From positions 1 to 55,613 of the forward strand of contig JBMORA010000054.1 in assembly GCA_049320885.1 (NCBI GenBank): a stretch of DNA of 55,613 bases, given 5' to 3'. The position numbers and the translations under genes are program-made. Positions 39,634-48,147 of the stretch are shown piece by piece. The notes below the pieces were generated by a model. The model saw only the letters and a list, made by a program, of their open reading frames with translations, did no database searches and was not told the origin of the DNA. The stretch is from Thermodesulfobacteriota bacterium. GTDB lineage: Bacteria; Desulfobacterota; Desulfobacteria; Desulfobacterales; SURF-7. The first letter of the stretch is position 1. Each line of letters begins with the position of its first letter.

Positions 39634-40797
39634 ATGGATTTCGGCTTTTCCAAAGAACAGGAAATGATCCGCAAGGAAGTGGCCCGGTTCTGCAAAAAGG
39701 AATTGGACAAGGAATATATCGCCTGGATGGACGCGAACGTGGATTTCCCGCCGCCGGAACTCTGGCGGAAATTCGTGGACATCGGCATGTTTCAATACAA
39801 CATCCCCAAAGAATACGGTGGTGAGGGGCTTGGCATGGTTGACGGCATGATCGCCTATGAAGAAATCTGCAAAGCGTCCATGTCCGTGGCCCTGGCCGTC
39901 GGCACCACCATCGGCTTCGGCACACGGTTCATCGCGGAAATGGGCACCAAGGCCCAGAAAGAGAAATACCTCCCGCTGTTGGGGGAGGGCAAGTTGAAAA
40001 TGTGCATGGCCTTGACCGAACCGGCCGGTGGAACCGATATTTTGGGTTCGGTCTCGACAGTTGCCGAAGAAAAAGAGGGGCGTTGGGTGATCAACGGCGA
40101 AAAGGTGTTTATCACCGGCGCCCATGCTGCGGATTTCATGATCACCATCTGCAAAACCGAAATCGACGCCAAACCCAGCCAGTCTCTTTCCGTCTTGCTG
40201 ATACCGTCCGATTCTGAGGGCATCACCATTACCCGCATTCCCAAGATCAGCTGTCATCACTGCGACTCGGTGGGCATCACCTTCTCCAACGTGGAAATTC
40301 CGGCTGAAAACATTCTGGGGACCCGGGGCGGAGGATGGTACGAAATGCTGACGGTACTCAATCCCGAACGCATCGGCTGCGCCATGATGGGCGTCGGCCT
40401 CATGGCCGCGGCTTATGAGGATGCCTTCCAGTATGCCCAGCAGCGCCATGCGTTTGGGGGCCCCATCAGCCGTTTCCAGATCCTGCAGCATTATCTGGCG
40501 GACATGTATATCAACCTGGAAAATGCCCGCAACCTGACCTACAAGGCCGCCTGGCTGTGCGACCAGGGCTCGCCCTACCACCTGGAAGCCACCATGGCCA
40601 AGCTGGTGGCGTCGGAAGGCGCTCTGCACGCCGGCCGCTTCGGAGCGGAAATCATGGGCGGATACGGTATCTGCATGGAATACCCCATGCAGCGATATCT
40701 GCGGGATGCCTATCAGCTTCAGTTTTCGCCGATTTCAAACGAGATGAGTAAAAACATGCTCATGCAGTTTCAGGGCCTGCCCAAATCATGGGCATGA
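39634..40797 (+). CDS. Acyl-CoA dehydrogenase
   Basis: ALTEPAGGTD, NGEKVFITGA, LNPERI, GGYG..EYPMQRYLRDA. Confidence 0.95.
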   Translation: MDFGFSKEQEMIRKEVARFCKKELDKEYIAWMDANVDFPPPELWRKFVDIGMFQYNIPKEYGGEGLGMVDGMIAYEEICKASMSVALAVGTTIGFGTRFIAEMGTKAQKEKYLPLLGEGKLKMCMALTEPAGGTDILGSVSTVAEEKEGRWVINGEKVFITGAHAADFMITICKTEIDAKPSQSLSVLLIPSDSEGITITRIPKISCHHCDSVGITFSNVEIPAENILGTRGGGWYEMLTVLNPERIGCAMMGVGLMAAAYEDAFQYAQQRHAFGGPISRFQILQHYLADMYINLENARNLTYKAAWLCDQGSPYHLEATMAKLVASEGALHAGRFGAEIMGGYGICMEYPMQRYLRDAYQLQFSPISNEMSKNMLMQFQGLPKSWA

Positions 40798-40802
40798 AAG
40801 AA

Positions 40803-40819
40803 AATTACGTATTACGAAT
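40803..40819 (+). repeat. Heptamer repeat AATTACG TATTACG AAT after the ACAD stop
   Basis: Same unit and orientation as 5786-5820. Confidence 0.5.
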
Positions 40820-40853
40820 AAATGAAATCACGGCAGTGATTTGAGGAGTGCAC

Positions 40854-42407
40854 ATGTACACATTAGGCGACATTCCAAGAAAAAGCGCGCTGTTGTTTCC
40901 GGATAGGGAAGCCGTCGTTTTTGAAACCACCCGGCTGACCTACCGGCAGTTCAATCAGCGGGTGAACCGGCTGGCCAATGCCCTGGCAAAGCTGGGATTT
41001 CGCAACGAAGACCGCCTGACCATCCTGGCGGAAAACACCCACAAATACCTGGAAGTCTATTTTGCCGCCGCCAAACTCGGACTGAGCGTCACGCCCCTCA
41101 ACTTCCGTTTGTCGGATGCCGAGCTGATCCATATCGCCAGGGACAGCGAGGCGGTCTGCTTCTTCGTGGGCGAGGGCTACGAAAACCGGGTCGCGTCCTT
41201 CAGCGGGGAACTCCAGCGGATTCATGCTTGGATCAGCCTGGAAAACGATAGCGGCGATTTCATGGATTACGAGACCCTGCTCCGCTGTGCGCCGGACAGC
41301 GAGCTGGAAATCCAGGTGGATGAAGATCGCATGGCGGTGCTGATGTACACCGGCGGCACCACCGGCCAGCCCAAGGGGGTCATGCTGTCCCATCGCAATA
41401 TCCTGACCGGTGTGATCAACGCCAACCTGATTTCCGGCATCACCCGTGATGACGCCACCTGTTTCGTGCTCCCCCTTTTTCATGTCTCTTTCTGGCCGGC
41501 CTTTTGTCTGCTGCTGGCCGGGGGAAAAGTGGCCATCAACCGGAAACCCGACCTGAATGAAATTCTGCGGATCATCCAGGATGAACGTTGCACCCACATG
41601 AACGCCGTGCCCACGGTTTATGGATGGCTCCTGCAGTTCGGGAACCTGGCGGCATACGATCTTTCCAGTCTGAAAACTCTTTCTTACGCCGGCAGTCCCT
41701 TTCCGCCGGAAATCCTGAAACAGTGCATGGAAACATTCGGCCCGATTTTCGCCCAGGGCTATGGCGCGACGGAAACCGCCGGCGGCGCCATCAGCTTTTT
41801 GCGGGAAGAAGATCACGCCTTGGCGGGTTCCCGGACCCGGTTGCTGCTCAGCGCCGGCAAGGCTTCCCTGTGCTCGGAAATCCGCATCGTGGATGAAGCC
41901 GGGCGCGGGTTGCCCGCCAATGAAACCGGGGAGATCGCCGTCAAGGGGAAACATGTCATGATGGGGTATTGGAAAAATCCGCGACAAACGGAAAGTGCCC
42001 TGCGCGATGGATGGTACCACACCGGCGACATGGGATACCGGGACGAAAACGGCTACCTGTTCCTGCTGGACCGCAAGGCCGACATGATTGTCACCGGTGG
42101 TGAAAACGTCTATCCCAAGGAAGTAGAGGATGTCCTGTATGAACACCCGGCCGTCCTGGAATGCGCCGTGGTGTCGGCCCCCGATGAAAAATGGGGGGAA
42201 CGGGTGCAGGCCGTGGTGGTGTTGAAACCTTCGCAAACGGCTACCGCGGCCGATATCATCAGCCACTGCAAAATGAAACTGGGAGGATACAAATGCCCCA
42301 AAGCCGTGGAATTCTGGGGGGACGTGCCCAAAACCCCCATCGGTAAAATCCTCCGCAAGGATGTGAAAAAGAAATTCTGGGCGGGAACTGTCCGGCCCAT
42401 CGGATGA
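40854..42407 (+). CDS. Long-chain-fatty-acid--CoA ligase
   Basis: YTGGTTGQPKG, QGYGATE, WYHTGD, PKTPIGKIL. Confidence 0.95.
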   Translation: MYTLGDIPRKSALLFPDREAVVFETTRLTYRQFNQRVNRLANALAKLGFRNEDRLTILAENTHKYLEVYFAAAKLGLSVTPLNFRLSDAELIHIARDSEAVCFFVGEGYENRVASFSGELQRIHAWISLENDSGDFMDYETLLRCAPDSELEIQVDEDRMAVLMYTGGTTGQPKGVMLSHRNILTGVINANLISGITRDDATCFVLPLFHVSFWPAFCLLLAGGKVAINRKPDLNEILRIIQDERCTHMNAVPTVYGWLLQFGNLAAYDLSSLKTLSYAGSPFPPEILKQCMETFGPIFAQGYGATETAGGAISFLREEDHALAGSRTRLLLSAGKASLCSEIRIVDEAGRGLPANETGEIAVKGKHVMMGYWKNPRQTESALRDGWYHTGDMGYRDENGYLFLLDRKADMIVTGGENVYPKEVEDVLYEHPAVLECAVVSAPDEKWGERVQAVVVLKPSQTATAADIISHCKMKLGGYKCPKAVEFWGDVPKTPIGKILRKDVKKKFWAGTVRPIG

Positions 42408-42480
42408 TATGCGGAACACGCGGCGCCATGAATAAGAACATTTGTAAGGGTTTTCAACTCATTCCAATCAAGGAGGCAAC

Positions 42481-43488
42481 ATGAGCCAGTTCAACAAGGA
42501 TGACTATTTTAAAATCGATCCCGAACCACACCTGATCGGCAACCTGGAGGTGGTCAACCATTTTCCCGGCGTCCAGATGTGGTGGCGGGCCATTGAAAAC
42601 ATCCACAGGCCCATGATCACGGGCATGCCGCCGGAAGCCTATGTCGGCATGGAAGAGTGGGAGATGCTGAAAACCGCAGACCCCGCCTCCCTGCTCCGGA
42701 GCATGGACAAATACGGCGTGGATATCGCCTGCCTGCTGCCGGAGTCCATGATGGACACCACCTTCTATACCAGCCGCTGGTGCACCAACGGAGAGATGGC
42801 CAAAATTGTGGAATCCAACCCGGACCGCTTCATGTACCAGCCCAACATCTCCCCCGTAAAGCACAAGGGCGTCAAAAGCACCATCTGGGAGCTGGAATAC
42901 TGGGTCAAGGAAAAGGGGGCGAAGATTTTCAAATTCTATCCACCGGAGGATACCTACATCAATGACCCGGATATCTGGCCGTTCTATGAGAAGGCCGAGG
43001 AACTGGGAATCGTCCTTGATATCCATACCGGGTTTTCCTGGGTGCCGCCGGGTAAGAGCAAATATGCGTTGCCGGTTTATCTGGATGATGTGGCGCGGGA
43101 TTTCCCGAACCTGAAGATCAATGCCTTCCATATGGGGTACCCCTACTGTGACGATCTCAACATGATCGCCATGCAGCATCCCAATGTTCATGTCTGCCTG
43201 AGCCTGCTCGTTCCCTGGGCCGTCTGCGCCCCCCGGAAATTTGCCAAGATCATTGGCGAAGCCCTGCGCTGGGTGGGGCCGGACAAAATCATCTGGGGGA
43301 CCGATTACGCCGGATACGGCGCCCAGATCCGGAGCGCGGTCATGGGGATGAGGGACTTCCAGATCCCCGAGGATATGCAGAAAAGCTATGGTTTCCCTGC
43401 CATTACGGACGACGACCGGAAAAAGATTTTCGGCGGTAATCTCGGACGATTGCTGGGAATTGATACCAGCCGGAGACGGGTGGGGTAA
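42481..43488 (+). CDS. Amidohydrolase_2 family metallo-hydrolase/decarboxylase/hydratase
   Basis: MDKYGVD, FKFYPP, PFYEKAEELGI..DIHTG, FHMGYP, WGTDY. Confidence 0.9.
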   Translation: MSQFNKDDYFKIDPEPHLIGNLEVVNHFPGVQMWWRAIENIHRPMITGMPPEAYVGMEEWEMLKTADPASLLRSMDKYGVDIACLLPESMMDTTFYTSRWCTNGEMAKIVESNPDRFMYQPNISPVKHKGVKSTIWELEYWVKEKGAKIFKFYPPEDTYINDPDIWPFYEKAEELGIVLDIHTGFSWVPPGKSKYALPVYLDDVARDFPNLKINAFHMGYPYCDDLNMIAMQHPNVHVCLSLLVPWAVCAPRKFAKIIGEALRWVGPDKIIWGTDYAGYGAQIRSAVMGMRDFQIPEDMQKSYGFPAITDDDRKKIFGGNLGRLLGIDTSRRRVG

Positions 43489-43554
43489 AGGCGCGGGAGA
43501 AAGTCCCACCAACTATCTATTCAGCCGATTCGATATCAAAAAAGGAGATGCAGG

Positions 43555-44958
43555 ATGAGTTATGACGCTTTGTTTGAACCGATCACCATCGGGAATATGG
43601 AACTGAAGAACCGGATCGCCGTAGCCCCCATGAACGTCGGGTACGCGGCCCCGGACGGGTATCCCAACGATCACTACCTGGCCCATTACGCCACCCGGGC
43701 GCGGGGTGGTTTCGGCCTGATCATCACCACGGCCGCCATGGTCAACCCCCATGCCTGGGCCGGTTGTGAAAAAATGAATCCGCTGAAATTCACCGACCAC
43801 CGTTATTACCGCTTCTGGAATGAAATCCTCAAGGCGATCCATTACTATGACTGCAAAATGGCCATTCAATTGAGCCCCGGCTGGGGGCGCCAGGGACACC
43901 CCGATGCGGGCAGACCGGATGTCCCGGCCGGTGCGCCGTCCTGCGTCCCCCTCTGCATGGATCTGCGGGATTATTATAGAAAATGCAAAGGCAACATCGG
44001 TCAAATGAAAAAGAAGTTGCCGCCGGACATCTTCGCCAGTATCGATATCGAAAAGCTTGTCCATATGTCCGATGAGGAATACTTCTCCCCCGATTTCCAG
44101 CACTTCATGCAGGAGATTCTTTCCCGGTTGCAGCCTGAAATGGTTCATTTTATCTGGGGAGACGTGCCGCGGGAGCTGACCATTCCCGAGATCAAGGAGC
44201 TGGAAGATCGGATGGCAAACCAGGCCAGGGCGGCCTTTGATCTGGAATTCGACGCGGTGGAGATCCACAGCCCCCACGGGTATTTGATCCATCAATTTCT
44301 GTCGCCTAAAATGAACAAACGCAAGGACGAATACGGCGGCAGCCTGGAGAACCGGGCGCGCTTTCTGATCAATATCATCCGCAAAATCCGGGAAAAAATC
44401 GGGCCCGACAAGCCGGTGTGGTGCCGGCTCAGCGGCGACGAGCTGCAGCCCGGGGGCATTCACCACGAGGAACTCTGCCAGGTGGCCGCCATGGCCAAGA
44501 CGGCCGGCGTCAACGCCATCAATGTCTCCCAGGGAAGTTACGAAGCCATGGGCAGCGCCTTCGCTCCCGATGGTGAAGGCGATTTCACCAGATGGGCGGC
44601 CGGATTTAAAAAAGCCACCGGCGGTTTGCCCATTCTGGTCCCCAATTTTCTCACCCCCGCCTGCGCGGAAAAAGCCATCCTGGAGCAGTCCGTGGATATC
44701 GTCGAGCTGGGCCGGCAATCCCTGGCCGATCCGTTCTGGCCGGTGAAGGTGAAAACCGGCCGGGAAAAGGAGATCATCAAATGCATCCGCTGCCAGCAGT
44801 GTTATGTGGAATTCGGGTCCAACCACTTCCTGGAATGCGCGGTCAACCCGGTCACCGGAAGGGAAAAATATTTTCCGGAACTATGGCTCAATGACACAAC
44901 CTTCGGAAACCGCCTCAAAAGAGCGTTGAAGAAAATGGAAGGCTATCCGCAAATTTAA
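43555..44958 (+). CDS. NADH:flavin oxidoreductase (old yellow enzyme family) with 4Fe-4S motif
   Basis: LKNRIAVAPM, RARGGFGLII, EIHSPHGYLIHQFLSP..NKRKDEYGGSLENRARF, GRQSLADP, CIRCQQC..CAVNP. Confidence 0.92.
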   Translation: MSYDALFEPITIGNMELKNRIAVAPMNVGYAAPDGYPNDHYLAHYATRARGGFGLIITTAAMVNPHAWAGCEKMNPLKFTDHRYYRFWNEILKAIHYYDCKMAIQLSPGWGRQGHPDAGRPDVPAGAPSCVPLCMDLRDYYRKCKGNIGQMKKKLPPDIFASIDIEKLVHMSDEEYFSPDFQHFMQEILSRLQPEMVHFIWGDVPRELTIPEIKELEDRMANQARAAFDLEFDAVEIHSPHGYLIHQFLSPKMNKRKDEYGGSLENRARFLINIIRKIREKIGPDKPVWCRLSGDELQPGGIHHEELCQVAAMAKTAGVNAINVSQGSYEAMGSAFAPDGEGDFTRWAAGFKKATGGLPILVPNFLTPACAEKAILEQSVDIVELGRQSLADPFWPVKVKTGREKEIIKCIRCQQCYVEFGSNHFLECAVNPVTGREKYFPELWLNDTTFGNRLKRALKKMEGYPQI

Positions 44959-45016
44959 ACGTTGCGGCTGTTTTTGTAAGGAAGCAAAACCGGCCAGGGC
45001 CGGCAGGGAGAGAAAA

Positions 45017-45847
45017 ATGGGGGAATTGACCGGCAAGGTTGCTTTGGTGACCGGTGCTTCAAGAGGGTTGGGCCGCGCCATGGCCCTGGCCTTGGGGGCG
45101 GCCGGTGCGGATGTTGCGGTGACGGATTTGCTGAGCGAAGAAGCGCCCGCCGATGCCGCAAAGTTGGCGCGGTACAGCGTGCTGGCCGCCCACTTTGCCG
45201 GCACCGACAATGTCCGCACTGTCGCCACGGCCCGGGAAATCCAGGCCATGGGTGTCCGCGGCCTATGGTTTCAAATGGATGTCAGCCGGCCGGAAGACAT
45301 TCGGGAAGTGGTTTCCGGTGTCACGGAAGCCTTCGGCGGCGTGGATATTCTGGTCAATAACGCCGGAGTCATGGACAACCTGGCGCTGCTTGAAAACCAG
45401 ACCCCGGAAGGCTGGGACCGGGATATCCGGGTGAACCTGTCCGGCGCGTTTCACTGCGCCCGGGCGGTCTGGGCCGGCATGCAGCAGAAGCAATGGGGCC
45501 GCATCATCAACATTTCCTCCTTTGTCGGGCAAATGGGCGCCTTCGCCCAACCGGGCTACGGCGCCTCGAAAGCGGGTCTCATCGGCCTTTCAAGGTCCCT
45601 GGCCCTGGAAGGGGCGCGGCAGGGGATCACGGTCAACGCCGTTTTGCCCGGATTCATCGAAACCGAGGCCGTCAAGCTGCACCGGCCGGACATCCAGGCC
45701 AGGATCACCGACCGTATTGCCATGAAACGCATGGGCAGGCCTGCGGAGGTGGCGGCCCTGGTGACCTTTCTCGCTTCGGATGCCGCCGGTTATATCACCG
45801 GTGCGGCCATTCCGGTGGCCGGCGGCGCGGATCTGTTTGTTTTCTGA
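45017..45847 (+). CDS. Short-chain dehydrogenase (3-oxoacyl-CoA/ACP reductase-like)
   Basis: TGASRGLG, NNAG, YGASK, NAVLPGFI. Confidence 0.92.
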   Translation: MGELTGKVALVTGASRGLGRAMALALGAAGADVAVTDLLSEEAPADAAKLARYSVLAAHFAGTDNVRTVATAREIQAMGVRGLWFQMDVSRPEDIREVVSGVTEAFGGVDILVNNAGVMDNLALLENQTPEGWDRDIRVNLSGAFHCARAVWAGMQQKQWGRIINISSFVGQMGAFAQPGYGASKAGLIGLSRSLALEGARQGITVNAVLPGFIETEAVKLHRPDIQARITDRIAMKRMGRPAEVAALVTFLASDAAGYITGAAIPVAGGADLFVF

Positions 45848-46052
45848 AACGAGCGTATATCATCGACCTCAGCCACCGCAAGGCGATTGACGTCAACGGG
45901 ACGACCCTGATCTTCCGGCCCTGGACCGAAGTGCTCCGGGAAACGGAAATGCTTTGACCCGGGCCGCAGCGGTATCCTTCCACAAACAAAAATCAACGGA
46001 AATCATAGGCCGAAATTGCATGTTCGGCTGAAAGGTCGGCCATGGATTGACC

Positions 46053-46097
46053 TTGACAAATGACGACTTGTTCAATATATGAAACCTCGCGTCACAT
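46053..46097 (+). promoter_or_regulatory. Sigma70 promoter and imperfect palindrome for the tetR-RND operon
   Basis: TTGACA-17-TATATG followed by ATGAAAC-ctcgc-GTCACAT. Confidence 0.45.
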
Positions 46098-46151
46098 TTT
46101 AAAGACAATCCCCGATAACCAAATCCATCGGCCCGGTGAACGGGAGGAAGC

Positions 46152-46778
46152 GTGATCCAACCAAAGGCACCGACGCGGCGGGAGCGGGAGAAACTCCGGC
46201 AACGCAGGGAGATTCTGGATGCGGCCCTCGCCCTCTTCTCGGAAAAAGGGTTCCACAGCGTATCCATGCACGAGATCGCCGGCCGGTCCGAATTCGCCAT
46301 CGGCACCCTCTACAAATTCTTTAAAAACAAGGATGCGCTTTACAAGTCCCTGCTGGTCGAACAGGCCGGCAAATTTCATCAAGCCCTAACCACCGTCTTG
46401 CGGGAAGGGGATGACGAGGCGGCGAAGCTGCGGAAATATGTGCAGACCAAGGCCGCGGTCTTCATGGAGAACGCGGCCTTCATCCGGATCTATTTTTCCG
46501 AGACCCGGGGGGCCTCCTTCAGTGTCAAGGCCGGGCTCGACAGCGATATCCGGGGACAATACGAGGAGACGGTCCGTCTGCTCGCCGCGGTTTTCGAAAG
46601 CGGGATGGAAAAAAAACGCTTCCACAGGATCGCCGAGCCATATGCCCTGGCCGTGGCGCTGGAGAGCCTGTGCAACGCCTTTTTGTTTCTCTGGCTGGAG
46701 ACTCCGGAAGAACGACCGTTTCCGGAGGACCCGGATGTCATCCTGAACATTCTCTTCAAGGGGCTGGTCCATGCGTGA
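46152..46778 (+). CDS. TetR/AcrR family regulator
   Basis: EILDAALALFSEKGF..SMHEIA..AIGTLYKFFKNK. Confidence 0.93.
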   Translation: MIQPKAPTRREREKLRQRREILDAALALFSEKGFHSVSMHEIAGRSEFAIGTLYKFFKNKDALYKSLLVEQAGKFHQALTTVLREGDDEAAKLRKYVQTKAAVFMENAAFIRIYFSETRGASFSVKAGLDSDIRGQYEETVRLLAAVFESGMEKKRFHRIAEPYALAVALESLCNAFLFLWLETPEERPFPEDPDVILNILFKGLVHA

Positions 46779-46836
46779 GGCTCCGCGATATCATTCATAT
46801 GGAATCCATTCAACCGTACCAATACAGGGAGGACGT

Positions 46837-48147
46837 ATGCAGCGTGTCAACAAAACGGTTTGTCAACTCTTGAAATGGAGCCCGGTGACGACGGCCCTAC
46901 TCTGCGGTTTCCTGGCGGTGGCCTGTGACCGCCGTCCGCCGGCTCCGCCGCCGCCGCCGGTTCCGAAGGTGTCGACGGTGACGGTGGCGACCCAGAAAAT
47001 CACCCTGTCCACCGAGTTGCCGGGACGCACGTCCGCCTACCGGATCGCCGAAATCCGTCCCCAGGTCAGTGGCCTGATCCAGAAGCGCCTGTTCACGGAA
47101 GGTGCCGAGGTCGTGGCCGGACAGGTGCTGTACCAGATCGATCCGGCGCCTTTCCAGGCGGCCCTCAACAGCGCCCGGGCCGCTCGTGGTCGCTCCGAGG
47201 CCAGTCTGCCGTCCATGCGTTCGCGGGTCGAGCGGTACCGGCAGCTCCTGGCCGACAAGGCGGTCAGCCGGCAGGACTATGACGACGCCATGTCCGCCCT
47301 GACCCAGGTGGAAGCCGACATCCAGTATTGGAAAACCACGGAGGAGACGGCGAAGATCAACCTGGACTACTGCCGGGTCACGGCGCCCATTCCCGGGCGC
47401 ATCGGAAAATCCGATGTGACCGAAGGCGCCATCGTGACCATGCATCAGCCCATGGCCCTCGCCACCATCCAGCAACTGGATCCCATCTATGTGGACGTGA
47501 CCCAGTCCACCACGGAATTGCTGCGTCTGAAAAAGGGCAACCTCGACCGGGGCGGCGAAAACCAGAACAAGGTCAATCTGATCCTGGAGGACGGCTCGGC
47601 CTATCCCGTGGAAGGGACCCTGCAGTTCAGTGATGTCACCGTGGATCCGACGACGGGCTCCGTGATTCTGCGGGTGGTTTTCCCGAATCCGGACGAGGTC
47701 CTGCTGCCGGGCATGTTCGTGCGCGCGGTGATCAAGGAGGGCGTCATGGACCAGGCCGTCCTGATCCCCCAGCAGGGCGTGTCCCGTGATCCCAAGGGTA
47801 ACCCCTATGCCTTGGTGGTGGGCGCCGAGAACAAGGCCGAACTGCGCATGCTGAAGCTGGACCGGGCCATGGGCGATAAATGGATCGTCGCGGCCGGGCT
47901 CAGGCCGGGCGACCAGCTGATCGTCGAGGGCACGCTCATGCTCCGACCGGGGACGGTGGTGGAGGCCTCTCCCTACCAGGGCGCGCCGCCCCAAGGGGCT
48001 CCGGGAGGACCAGGGGCTCCGGGAGGACCAGGGGCTCCGGGCGGGCCGGGAGCGCCGGGCGGGCCGGGCCAGGGATCTCCGGCGGGGCCGGGTGCGGCCG
48101 CCGGAAATGCCGCCCGGCAGCAGAAACCGGGCGAAGGAGGCGCGTGA
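46837..48147 (+). CDS. acrA: RND efflux periplasmic adaptor (AcrA/MexA family) lipoprotein
   Basis: Lipobox AVAC, ELPGRT..AEIRPQVSG, LYQIDPAPFQA, QQLDPIYVD, LLPGMFVRA. Confidence 0.93.
   Translation: MQRVNKTVCQLLKWSPVTTALLCGFLAVACDRRPPAPPPPPVPKVSTVTVATQKITLSTELPGRTSAYRIAEIRPQVSGLIQKRLFTEGAEVVAGQVLYQIDPAPFQAALNSARAARGRSEASLPSMRSRVERYRQLLADKAVSRQDYDDAMSALTQVEADIQYWKTTEETAKINLDYCRVTAPIPGRIGKSDVTEGAIVTMHQPMALATIQQLDPIYVDVTQSTTELLRLKKGNLDRGGENQNKVNLILEDGSAYPVEGTLQFSDVTVDPTTGSVILRVVFPNPDEVLLPGMFVRAVIKEGVMDQAVLIPQQGVSRDPKGNPYALVVGAENKAELRMLKLDRAMGDKWIVAAGLRPGDQLIVEGTLMLRPGTVVEASPYQGAPPQGAPGGPGAPGGPGAPGGPGAPGGPGQGSPAGPGAAAGNAARQQKPGEGGA
47995..48066 (+). repeat. 18-bp tandem repeat encoding (GAPGGP)x4
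   Basis: ggggctccgggaggacca twice exactly, plus two synonymous variants. Confidence 0.9.

Noticed and set aside
47880..48146. 89-aa N-terminal extension of AcrB in the ORF track
   Set aside because: It overlaps acrA. The real start is ATG 48147 (GGAGG RBS, TGATG coupling, MLSKFF matches the AcrB N-terminus).
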